A stretch of DNA of 64,000 bases, from NCBI RefSeq assembly GCF_009914755.1, contig NC_060931.1; one strand, written 5' to 3'. Source of the DNA: the human T2T-CHM13v2.0 reference genome, Homo sapiens. Position numbers and translations under genes: made by a program. Shown here piece after piece: positions 16,062-31,663 of the stretch (position 1 is the stretch's first letter; each line of letters begins with the position of its first letter). The notes under the pieces were generated by a model. The model ran no database searches. It was not told where the DNA came from and saw nothing but the letters and a program-made list of their open reading frames with translations.

Positions 16062-17290
16062 ATGGGCAACCTTCTACCCTCTATTCCTCCTTCTTCTCCC
16101 TTAGCCTGTGTTCTCAAGAACTTAAAACCTCTTCAGCTCTTGCCTGACCTAAAATCTAAGCGTCTTATTTTCTTCTGCAATACCGCTTGGCCCCAATACA
16201 AACTCGACAGTGGTTCCAAGTGGCCAGAGAATGGCACTTTTGATTTGCCTATCCTATTTGCCTATCTAGATAATTTTTGTCAAAAAATGGGCAAATGATC
16301 TGAGGTGCCTGACGTCCAGGCATTCTTTACACATTGGTCCCTCCCTAGTCTCTGCTCCCAATGTGACTCATCCCAAATCTTTCTTCTTTCTCTCCTGCCT
16401 GTTCCATCAGTCTCCACCCCAAGCTCTGAGTCCTTTGAATCTTCCTTTTCTACGGACTCATCTGACCTCTCCCCTTCTCCCCAGGCTGCTCCTCGCCAGG
16501 CCGAGCCAGGTCACAATTCTTCCTGAGCCTCCACTCCCCCACCCTATAATCCTTTTATCAACCCCTCCTCACACCCCGTCCAGCTTACAGTTTCTTTCCG
16601 TGACTAGCCCTCCCCGAAGAGGTGGCTGGAGCTGAAGCCATAGCCAAGGTTAATGCTCCTTTTTCTTTATCCGACCTCCCCCAGATCAGTTAGCATTTAG
16701 GCTCTTTTTCATCAAATATAAGAACTCAACCCAGTTCATGGCCCATTTGGCAACAACCCTTAGACGTTTACCACCCTAGACCCAGAAAGGCCAGAAGGCC
16801 GTCTTATTTTCAATATGCATTTTATTACCCAATCTGCTCCCGACATTAAATAAAGCTCCAAAAATTAGATTCTGGCCCTCAAACCACACAACAGGACTTA
16901 ATTAACCTTGCCTTCAAGGTATACAGTAATAGAGTAGAGGCAGCCAAGTAGCAAAGAATTTCTGAGTTGCAATTCCTTGCCTCCACCATGAGACAAACCC
17001 CAGCCACATCTCCAGCACACAAGAACTTCCAAACACCTGAACCACAGCAGCCAGGCGTTCCTCCAGGACTGCCTACCCCAGGATCTTGCTTCAAGTGCCA
17101 GAAATCTGGCCACTGGGCCGAGGAATGCCCGCAGCCTGGAATTCCTCCTAAGCCATGTCCCATCTGTGTGGGACCCCACTGGAAATCGAACTGTCCAACC
17201 CAGCAGCCACTCTCAGAGCCCCTGGAACTCTGGCCCAAGGCTCTCTGACTGACTCCTTCCCAGATCTTCTCAGCTTAGCGGCTGAAGACT
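16062..17290 (+). pseudogene. gag: HERV-H gag, disrupted (MA retained, CA largely deleted, NC zinc knuckles)
   Basis: MGNLLPSIPPSSPLACVLKNL...FFCNTAWPQYKLD...WPENGTFD; CFKCQKSGHWAEEC and CPICVGPHWKSNC; stops and frameshifts. Confidence 0.9.
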
Positions 17291-17339
17291 GACACTGCCC
17301 GATCACCTCGGAAGCCTACAGGACCATCACAGATGCTTT

Positions 17340-19256
17340 GGGTAACTCCTATGGTGGAGGGTAAGTCCGTCCCTTTCTTAGTCAATATGGAGGCTACCCA
17401 CTCCACATTACCTTCTTTTCAAGGGCCTGTTTCCCTTGCCTCCATAACTGTTGTGGGTGTTGACGGCCAGGCTTCTAAACCTCTTAAAACTCCCAAACTC
17501 TGATGCCAGCTTGGACAACATTCTTTCATGCACTCCTTTTTAGTTATCACCACCTGCCTAGCTCCCTTATTAGGTTGAGACATTTTAACTAAATTATCTG
17601 CCTCCCTGACTATTCCTAGGCTACAGCCATACCTCATTGCTGCCCTTTTCCCCACTTCAAAGCCTCCTTCACATCCTCCCCTTGTATCTCCCCACCTTAA
17701 TCCACAAGTATAGGACACCTCTACTCCTTCCTTGGAGACCGATCATGCACCCCTTACCATCCCGTTAAAACCTAATCACCCTTACCCCACTCAAGGCCAA
17801 TATCTCATCCCACAGCATGATTTAAAAGGATTAAAGCCTGTTATCACTCACCAGTTACAGCATGGCCTTTTAAAGCCTATAAACTCTCCTTACAATTCCC
17901 CCATTTTACCTGTCCTAAAACCAGACAAGTCTTACAAGCTAATTCAGGATATGCACCTTATCAACCAAATTATTTTACTTATCCACCCCATAGTGCCAAA
18001 CCCATATACTCTCCTATCCTCAATACCCCCCTCCACAACCCATTATTCTATTCTAGATAAACCTAGCTGACCCCATAGATCCTAAATCTTTTCCCCACTC
18101 CTCTTTCTGTTCCTTCAAAACAGCCCTAAAAGCTGCTCCCACACTAGCTCTCCCTAACTCATCCCAAACTTTTTCATTACACACAGACAAAGTGCAGGGC
18201 TGTGTGGTTAGAATTCTTACACAAGACCAGGACTGCACCCTATAGCCTTCGTGTCCAAACAACTTGGCCTTACTCTTTTAGCCTAGCCCTCATGTCTGCG
18301 TGTGGTGGCTGCCACTGCTTTAATACTTTTAGAGGCCCTCAAAATCACAAACTATGCTCAACTCACTCTCTACAGTTCTCATAACTTCCAAAATCTATTT
18401 TCTTCCTCACACCTGACACATATACTTTCTGCCCTCTGGCTCCTTCGGCTATACTCACTCTTTGTTGAGTCTCCCAAAATTACCAATGTTCCTGGCCCGG
18501 ACTTCAATCCGGCCTCCCACATTATTCCTGATACCACACCTGACCTCCATGACTCTCTCTCTGATCCACCTGACATTCACTCCATTTCCCCATATTTCCT
18601 TCTTTTCTGTTCCTCACCCTGATCACACTTGGTTTATTGATGGAAATTCCACCAGGCCTAATTGTCATTCACCAGCAAAGGCAGGCTACACTATAGTAGT
18701 ATCTTCCACACCTATCATTGAGGCTACCGCTCTGCCCCCCTCCACTACCTCTTAGCAAGCTGAACTCATTGCCTTATCTCGAGCCCTCACTCTTGCAAAG
18801 GGGCTACATGTCAATATTTATACTGACTCTAAATATGCCTTCCATATCCTGCACCACCATGCTGTTATATGGGCAAAAAGAGGCTTCCTCACTACACAAG
18901 TGTCCTCCATCATTAATGCCTCCTTAATAAAAACTCTTCTCAAGGCCGCTTTACTTCCAAAGGGAGCTGGAGTCATACGCTGCAAGGGCCACCAAAACAC
19001 ATCAGATGCCATAGCTCAGAGCAACGCTTATGCTGATAAGGTAGCTAAAGAAGCAGCTAGCATTCCAACTTCAGTCCCTCATGGCTAGTTTTTCTCCTTC
19101 TCATCGGTCACTCCCACCTACTCTCCCACTAAAACTTCCACCTATCAATCTCTTCCCACACAAGGCAAATGGTTCTTGGACCAAGGAAAATATCTCCTTC
19201 CAGTCTCACAGGCCCATTCTATTCTATCATCATTTCACAACCTCTTCCATATAGGT
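17340..19256 (+). pseudogene. pol: HERV-H pro-pol, disrupted (RT core deleted near 18058; RNase H; integrase N-terminus only)
   Basis: NSPYNSPILPVLKPDKSYKLIQD (RT N-term); WFIDG, YTDSKY and CKGHQ (RNase H); no YXDD present. Confidence 0.9.
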
Positions 19257-19665
19257 ACTTTTCTGCTAGCATCACAGACATATCACAAACTTTATCAGTC
19301 CTTCAAGGCCAATTGGACTCTCTAGCTGCAGTTGTCCTCCAAAACCGCCAAGGCCTTGACTTACTGCTGAAAAAGGAGGACTCTGTATATTTTTAAATGA
19401 AGAGTGTTGTTTTTGTCTAAATCAATCTAGCCTGGTATATGACAACATAAAAAAATTCAAGGATAGAGCCCAAAAACTTGCCAGCCAAGCAAGTAATTAC
19501 GCTGAACCCCCTTGGGCGCTCTCTAATTGGATGTCCTGGGTCCTCCCAATTCTTAGTCCTTTAATACCTGTTTTTCTCCTTCTCTTATTCAGATCTTGTG
19601 TCTTCTGTTTAGTTTCTCAATTCATTCAAAATCGTATCCAGGCCATCAATAATCATTCTATATGA
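19257..19665 (+). pseudogene. env: HERV-H env TM remnant with immunosuppressive domain
   Basis: QGQLDSLAAVVLQNRQGLDLL, then (frameshifted) GGLCIFLNEECCF with CX6CC and a hydrophobic membrane anchor. Confidence 0.9.
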
Positions 19666-19891
19666 CAAATGCTCCATCTAACAACCCCACGATATTATCC
19701 CTTACCACAAAATCTTCCTTCAACTTAATCTCTCCCACTCTAGGTTCCCACACCGCCCCTAATCCCGCTCAAAGCAGCCCTGAGAAACATCGCCCTGTAT
19801 CTCTCCATGCCACCCCCCAAAAATTTTCGCTACCCCAACACTTCAATACTATTTTATGCTATTTTTTCTTATTAATAGAAGAAGTCAGGAA

Positions 19892-20323
19892 TGTCAGGCC
19901 TCTGAGCCCAAGCTACACCATCATATCCCCTGTGACCTGCACATATACATCCAGATGGCCTGAAACAACTGAAGATCCATAAAAGAAGTGAAAATAGCCT
20001 TAACTGATGACATTCCACCATTGTGATTTGTTTCTGCCCCACCCTAACTGAACAATGTACTTTGTAATCTCCCCCACCCTTAAGAAGGTTCTTTGTAATT
20101 CTCCACACCCTTGGGAATGTACTTTGTGAGATCCACCCCCGCCCGTAAAACATTGCTCCTAACTCCACCGCCTATCCCAAAGCCTATAAAAACTAATGAT
20201 AATCCCACCATCCTTTGCTGACTCTCTTTTTGGACTCAGCCCACCTGCACCCAGGTGAAATAAACAGCCTTGTTGCTCACACAAAGCCTGTTTGGTGAAC
20301 TCTTCACACAGATGTGTGAGACA
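19892..20323 (+). promoter_or_regulatory. HERV-H 3' LTR (LTR7B-like)
   Basis: Direct repeat of 15070-15502 with about 34 differences by hand count; AATAAA intact. Confidence 0.92.
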
Positions 20324-20735
20324 ATAAAGACCATTATAAAAAAGGAAAAAGAAATTCATCAAGCCATTGCTGCAGCTAAGCCAGCAGGTGCAAAAAACCT
20401 TGCACTTTTTTGAAATACCTTTTTGTTTCATATTGAAAATGCAGCTTTTATGTGGGTGAAAGATTGCTATAAGGCAGGCATAGTTATGGACTTTAATATG
20501 ATTTGAGAAAAAGTAAAGTCATTATAAAACAACTTAAAGCAAAAGAAAAGTAAAGGATCTAAAGCTGCAGAATTTAATGCCAGCAAAGGATGGTTTGATA
20601 ATTTTAGAAAGAGATTTGGCTTAAAAATGCCAAGATAACAGGAGAAGCAGATTCTGCTAACCAAGAAGCAGCAGACAAGTTCTTAGATACCTTTAAGAAA
20701 ATTATTGAGGAGAAAGGATATCTGCCTGAACAGGT

Positions 20736-21677
20736 TTTTTGTTTTTGAGACAAGGTCTCTTTCTATTACCCAGACTGGAGTGCAACGGTGTGATCATAGC
20801 TTACTGCAACCTCAAATTCCTGGGCTCAAGCAATCCTTCCACCTCAGCCTCCTGAGTGCACACTACCATGCCCAAATAATTTTTTTTTTTTTTTTTGTTA
20901 GCGACAGGGTCTTGTTTTGTAGCCCAGGCTGATCTTGAACTCTTGGCTCAAACAATCCTTCCTCCTCAGCTTCCCAAAGTGCTGGAATTGCAGGTATGAG
21001 CCATTCTGCCCAGCCCTGAACAGAATTTTTTTTTTTTTTTTTTTAATGAGAAAGACTCTTACTCTGTCACCCAGGCTGGAGTGCAGTGGCACAATCTGGG
21101 TTCACTGCAAGCTCCACCTCCTGGATTCAAGCAATTCTCATGCCTTAGACTCCTGAGTAGCTGGACTACAGGTGTGTGCCACCACGCCCAGCTAATTTTT
21201 GTATTTTGTAGAGATGGAATTGTTGTATTTCTGTATTTTGTAGAGATGAGGTTTCTCCATGTTGGCCAGGCTGGTCTTGAACTCCTGGCCTTGAGTGACC
21301 CACCTGCCTTGGCCTCCCAAAGTCCTGGGATTACAGGCGTGAGTCACCACAACTGGTCTTTGTTTTGTTTTTTTGAGACAAGGTCTCACTCTATCACCCA
21401 GGCTAGAGTTCATAGGAGTTATGACAGAGCCAATCATGGAAATCATGACAAAGATCACGGATATGGCACCAAAAAAAATTGAAGGTTGAAGGGTTTCAAG
21501 GTATGGATCTTGAAGAAATTTAAGAGCTAATAGACACCACACCAGAGGAATGAACAGACAACAACTTGATGGAGATGAGTGTTTCTAAGCCAGCTCCAAA
21601 CACCATAGAACTTTCTATGATACAGACACTAAAACTAAAGCAAATGGTAGAAGAAGGAGTGGATTGGTACCATATAG

Positions 21678-21719
<42 letters not shown>

Positions 21720-22006
21720 TTTTTTGAGACAGGGTTTCGCTCTGTCGCCCAGGCTGGAATGCAGTGGTGCGATCTTGGCTCACTGCAAGCTCTGCCTCCC
21801 AGGTTCATGCCATTCTCCTGCCTCAGCCTCCTGAGTAGCTGGGACTACAGGCACCCATGACCATGCCTAGACAATTTTTTGTGTTTTTAGTAGAGACGGG
21901 GTTTCACCATGTTAGCCAGGATGGTCTCGATCTCCTGACCTCATGATCCACCCACCTCGGCCTTCCAAAGTGCTGGGATTACAGGCATGAGCCACTGCGC
22001 CCGGCC
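20736..22006 (-). mobile_element. Antisense Alus within Tigger2 (20736-21014, 21025-21357, 21358-21410 fragment, AluY 21681-22006)
   Basis: Alu consensus; TSDs CCTGAACAG.TTTT and CCATATAGAAAT; (ATTT)n tail. Confidence 0.9.
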
Positions 22007-22579
22007 CCATATAGAAATATTTTTATAGAAATTAAAAAACAGAAAAGTCAGACCGAAATTACTATGCATTTCCGTAAGTTGCACAAAGTGTGCCTTCTCC
22101 CCTGCCTCCCTTTCTATGTCTTCCACCTCTTCCTCCTCTGCCACCCCGAGACAGCAAGACCAACCCCTCTCCTCTCCTCTTCCTCCACCTCAGTGTGCAC
22201 ACACCAAGGATGAAGACCTTTATGATAACTCACTTCCACTTAATGAATGGTAAATTTATTTTCTCTTCCTTATGAATTTCTTAGCAACGTTTTATTTTCT
22301 CTAGTTTACTTGATTGTAATAATACATTATTTAATACATATAACATATAAAATATGTGTTAATCAACTGTTTATGTAATCAGTCAGGCTTCCAGTTAACA
22401 GTAGGCGATTAATTAAATTTGGGGAGGAATCAAAAGTTATGTATGGCTTTTTTTTTTTACTGCATTGGGGGTTGGTGCTGCTAACACCCACATTGCTCAA
22501 GGGTCATATATACAGATTATTTTCTTCATCGGGCATTTTTGTATTTTGTATTTTGTTCAGCAACATACTTCTTCTATAA

Positions 22580-23924
<1,345 letters not shown>

Positions 23925-24555
23925 TCAGAGCACCTTTTAGCATTTTCCTTAAAACATTTACATGATAGATATCTTTTTTCCCTGATCTTTCTATTTTGAA
24001 AATGTTTTTATTCTATCTTCATGCTTCACTGATAGTCTGGAGGGTATATAGAATTCTAGGTTGAAAATAATTTTCACTCAAAATTTTGCAAGCATTGTAT
24101 TATCTTCAAGCTTCCATTAGTACTGTTGAAAAGACTGAGGACATTCTAATTCCCATTTCTTTGTGACTGACTTGTTTATTCTCTCCAGATATTTTCTTAT
24201 TCCCCATTGTTTGGGATAATTTTCTAGATGAACAATTTTGAATAAAGCAGGATGTGTGCTGTTCATATCTTCTCTAGCCAATTTTTCTTGGCCCCCAGCC
24301 CAGGGACTCATGCCAGAGGTCTGAGGAAAGCTGTTATCCTAAAATGTCTGTATAACAATAGAGTGCAGGGAACACTCATTAGCCTCTGTAACACTGGATG
24401 GCATAAGTTGAAATAAGCCAATGTTCTCCCTGCTCCAGTCATCTATTGCTGTGTAACAAACCACTCAGAACTTAGTGGCATTAGGAAACATCTTTTTATT
24501 TTTTTATGTTCATGACTTTGCAGATCAGTAATGCAAGCAGATCAAGTAGAAATAG

Positions 24556-24825
<270 letters not shown>

Positions 24826-25015
24826 TAGTAGATATGGGGTTTTGCCATGTTGGCAAGCCTGGTCTCAAACTCCTGACCTCTGGTGATCTGCCAGCCTTGG
24901 CCTCCCAAAGTGCTAGGATTACAGGCATAAGCCACCATCCCCAGCCAAGGACTCCAGTTTTGACTGTCAACTGGTTTCTCGATTCTTCTCCATGCAATGT
25001 CTGCTGAAACTGAAT

Positions 25016-25339
25016 TGTTGGGAGAGAAGCTGAGGCAGGGCTTGCATGTCTGCTAGACTTGCTGGCTCCTTGCTTCTAGCACTCCCATTATCTCAAGTAG
25101 CCATATGTTTCTCATTCACTTGATACACTGTTTCCTTTCAACCCCCATATCCTCACCACCTGTTCGTTTTTTTGAGCACCAATAAATAGCATGGGCTCCC
25201 AGAGCTCGGAGCCTTTGCAGCCTCCACACTCGCGATGGCCCCCTGGTCCCACTTTCTCTCTCAAACTTTTTCTCATTCCTTTGACTCCGCCAGACTTTGT
25301 TGCCCCCACGACCTAGTGTTGGGTCTGATCACCCCAACA
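25016..25339 (+). promoter_or_regulatory. LTR14A 5' LTR
   Basis: 324-bp direct repeat of 31340-31663 (about 15 differences by hand count). Confidence 0.9.
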
Positions 25340-25343
25340 TTCC

Positions 25344-25362
25344 TGGCTGCCCAACGTGGGGT
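25344..25362 (+). promoter_or_regulatory. Primer binding site, tRNA-Lys(CTT)-type
   Basis: TGGCTGCCCAACGTGGGG versus the Lys1,2 PBS TGGCGCCCAACGTGGGGC (1-nt insertion). Confidence 0.88.
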
Positions 25363-25488
25363 GACGAAGGCCCCAGTGAAGAAAGGCTAGAGCATGTGAA
25401 AGTGGAGGACACATCATCAAAGGACACCTGAAGACGTCTAAAAGAAGCTCAGCAGGAAAGCTGAGCACTTGGAAGAACCAGGGTAACA

Positions 25489-27140
25489 ATGGGACAAAGT
25501 GACAGCAGACATTCTGCTTATTTAAATTTCTTAAGACATTTATTATGAAGGGGGGAGTGAAAGTTACTACTCAGAATTTGTTATCACTCTTTAGTGCAGT
25601 GAAGTAGTTTTGCCCATGATTTCTGGAACAAGGGACCATGGAGTTGAATGAATGGGAGAGAATTGGCAGAGATTTTAAAAAGGCATATAAAGATGGAGCA
25701 AAAATTGCAGTTTCCATTTGGTCAATGTGGGGGCTAATAAAGGCAGCTCTTGACCTATTTCAAACAGATGATGAGGCAGATTCAGATGAGGAAGAGGAAG
25801 AGGAGGACGAGTGTAAAAAACTAACTTCAGATTCTGAGTGTGAAGAACAGCTACCAGAGGAGATTAAAGAAAAGAAAGGAAGACTAAAAAAAGTATGTTT
25901 TACTAGCCCATTGGCTTCACCTGCTGAATTAAGTGAACGGCCACCTCCTCTCTCTCCCCTTAATGAGTGAGAAAATAAATTAGCTGAAAAACTTACTGCT
26001 CTTGTAGTTGCAACATTAAAACCTGGAGCAATTGATGGTGCTATACAAAATTCTATTCAAAAAGCTAGAGCTGAGGGAGACCTTGAAACACGGCAATTTC
26101 CCATTACTATAATCTAGCAGGGAGGACAGAATATAGCTAATTGGGCCGCTTTTCCTTTTAAGTTACTAAAGGAATTTAAGCAAGCCATTTGTCAATACGG
26201 GCCAAATTCTCCTTTTGTGCAAACTTTATTAAAAAATATGGCTCTTGATAATAGATTAATACCATATGATTGGGATGCTTTGACAAAATATGTTCTCACT
26301 GCATCTCAGTACTTGCAGTTTAAAACCTGGTGGGCTGATGAAGCTCAAACTCAGGCAAAGGAAAACACATAAGCACAGCCAGCTGTGCTTGTTTCCTTTG
26401 AACAGTTAATGGGAGTTGGCCCTAACTGGGGTCGATTAGAGAATCAAGCAGTAATGGAGGATGTTGCCATTGTTCAGCTGCGCTTTGTGTGCTTGCGTGC
26501 ATGAGAAAGGATAAATGTTACAGGGGAAAAATATCCTTCTTTCAGTTCTGTCCAACAAGGATGTAAAGAACCATATATTGATTTTATTGCTTGGCTCCAA
26601 GAGGCTGTGTATAAAGCCATAACTGATAAAAGGGTACAGGATGTTGTAATACAGCTTCTTGCGTACGATAATGCTAATGCAGAGTGTCAAACTGCTATTA
26701 GACCCCTGAGAGGGAAGGCTCATTTAGCTGAATATATTAAGGCTTGCGATGTCATTGGAGGTAACTTACATAAGGCTACTCTTTTAGCTCAGGCCATGGC
26801 TGGATTAAGAGTAGGAAATAATATACCCCACTTCTCAGGCTCTTGCTTTAATTGTGGGCAATTTGGACACACAAGAAAGGAATGTAGAAAAGAAAATCAA
26901 AAGGCAAAAACTACGACTGTCAATCAACAGAAAAGTCCTGGTGTATGTCCCCAGAGTATGAAAGACAATCACTGGGCAAGTCAGTGTCATTCTAAATTTA
27001 GCAAAGTTGGACAATCTCTTTTGGGAAATGGGAAGAGGGGCCTGCCTTGAGACCCTCAACAAACCAAGGCATACCCAGCACAGCCAGTGCCCTTACAAAT
27101 GTACAACAATTGTTCCCCACCTCAGCAGGCAGTGCTGCCA
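25489..27140 (+). pseudogene. gag: HML-1 gag, multiple stops
   Basis: MGQSDSRHSAYLNFLRHLL (myristoylation-type start), WERIG, QYGPNSPF, zinc knuckle CFNCGQFGHTRKEC and a degenerate second knuckle. Confidence 0.92.
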
Positions 27141-27928
27141 AAGACCTCTAGAGCACAATTCCAATCTTCTTACTTCCTGGGGAGCCACAGAAGGTCCCCA
27201 TGGGAGTTAGGGGACCCTTACCCTCAGGAACAGTCGGTCTATTACTTGGAAGTTCTAATCTAAATTTAAAAGGTGTTACTGTACATGTGGGAATAATTGA
27301 CTCTGATTATACCAGAGAAATTCAATTAGTTTTAGTTCCCTCGGTAGTCTGCCTCCCCAGGAGAAAGAATTGCTCAGTTGTTGCTGTTACCTTACATAAA
27401 ACTAGGAAGCAACACAGTGAAAAGAACAGCAGGCTTTGGTAATACTAATCCAGCAGGAAAGGCTGTGTGTTGGGTTAGTCAAGTGTTTGACAAAAGACCT
27501 ATTTGCACAGTAACTACTCAGGGAAAAGATTTTGAAGGACTAGTAGATACTGGAGCTGATGTCTCTATTATTGCTGTAAATCAATGGCCCCAGCACTGGC
27601 CTAAGCAAAAGGCATCCATTGGTATTGCTGGAGTAGGAGCTGCCTCGGAAGTTTTTCAAAGTTCTTTGATTTTACCATGTCGAGGGCCAGATGGTCAGGA
27701 AGGGACAATTCAGCCTATCATTACACCTATTCCTGTCCATTTATGGGGTAGAGACTTATTGCAACAATGGGATGCTGAAATATCTATTCCTATGGATCAA
27801 TATAGTAATAATAGTAGACAAATGATGAAAAGTATGAGATATCGCCTAGGAAAAGGACTAGGAAAAGATAAAAATGGCCAATCAGAACCTTTAGAATTAA
27901 AAGGGCAAACAGATCGGACCGGATTGGG

Positions 27929-27941
<13 letters not shown>
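27140..27941 (+). pseudogene. pro: HML-1 dUTPase-protease-G-patch (dUTPase frameshifted; protease and G-patch frame 27378-27941 open)
   Basis: GLLLGSS and GIIDSDY (dUTPase); LVDTGADVSII, GIAGVG and LWGRDLL (protease); GKGLGK..G (G-patch). Confidence 0.93.
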
Positions 27942-30575
<2,634 letters not shown>

Positions 30576-31320
30576 TTTAAGGATTGCTTTTAAGCCTCAA
30601 TTTGCTTTCTCTGTGCCTTCTGTTAGAAGAGTCCTGCTTCTCATTATCAATGGTAAGTTTTGCCCTGCAGTAATTAACCAAAGAGGCAGAAGCTGAGTTA
30701 CAAATGCTTCAGCAATGGCACGCCTCCTGGGTACAGCCACAAAAGTTTTTGCTTCTGTTTCAGTAGATTTACTAACGTGGGGGTGAGGGTATGCTTGTGT
30801 TTTGCAGGTGATGAACAAACCATGTAGGTGCCCTCAAGATGTGTACGACCATGAAACAGGAGACTGGAAGGGCCCATGGATCCCAACCATGGACCTGGTT
30901 CCCCCAGTATGAGCCATGCTGAGAAACTGCTGGAGCACCAGGGTTTTACCTATTGATGCTTAACGGACCAATGCTTTCTGACTGAACGCCTCTCTACCCT
31001 GAATTTACAAGAGACCCTAATAGGTAGGCAGGAGTATCATCACCCCTATTCAGCCATTACAGAAGACTGACCTTCATCCTTCTGCAACCCCTAGGATTAA
31101 GGGTCCTCTTGTAAAAGGGAAAGGGGAGATATGTAGGAAGCATTCAAACCACAGTGACTCCATTTTGAATAAGGGCTAAGAAAAATGAAGCTGGCTCACC
31201 AACCGGCAGTTAAGGGCTGCACAGCCTGCAATCGCCTTGCTCAATTGATTTAAAAAAGAGGCCACCTTATGCTAGTAATAATGATAGCTGTGGTGGTTTT
31301 TACAAAAAAGAAGGGGGGCA

Positions 31321-31663
31321 TGTTGGGAGAAAAGCTAAGTGTTGGGAGAGAAGCTGAGGCAGGGCTTGCATGTCTGCTAGACTTGCTGGCTCCTTGCTTC
31401 TAGCGCTCCCATTATCTCAAGTAGCCATATGTTTGTCATTCACTTGATACACTGTTTCCTTTCAACCCCCACATCCTCACCACCTGTTCCTTTGTTTGAG
31501 CACCAATAAATAGCATGGGCTTCCAGAGCTCGGAGGCTTTGCAGCCTCCACACTCACAATGGCCCCCTGGTCCCACTTTCTCTCTCAAACTTTTTCTCAT
31601 TCCTTTGACTCCACCAGACTTTGTTGCCTCAACGACCTGGTGCTGGGTTTGATCACCCCAACA
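31321..31663 (+). promoter_or_regulatory. LTR14A 3' LTR
   Basis: Follows the PPT; begins with two 19-bp TGTTGGGAGA.AAGCT.AG units. Confidence 0.9.

Larger units (their letters stand above)
15070..20323 (+). mobile_element. HERV-H provirus (two LTR7B-type LTRs; deleted gag-pro-pol, env TM remnant)
   Basis: LTRs TGTCAGGCCTCTGAGCCCAAGC...GTGAGACA; 5-bp TSD ATAAG/ATAAA; PBS, splice donor, gag double zinc knuckle, RNase H, PPT 19874-19891. Confidence 0.97.
14843..22506 (+). mobile_element. Tigger2 DNA transposon remnant, fragmented by HERV-H and Alus (pieces 14843-15069, 20329-20735, 21420-21680, 22007-22506)
   Basis: Transposase N-terminal HTH peptide (SDAGSASKKQRKVMTLQEKAKLLDMY), CENP-B-type FNASKGWFDNFRKRFGLK, right TIR-like TCAAGGGTCA at ~22497-22506. 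Left TIR and central DDE region are absent. Confidence 0.85.

Noticed and set aside
14843-22506. Domesticated Tigger/CENP-B-like (TIGD) gene
   Set aside because: The transposase frame is broken by a provirus, Alus, stops and loss of the DDE region.
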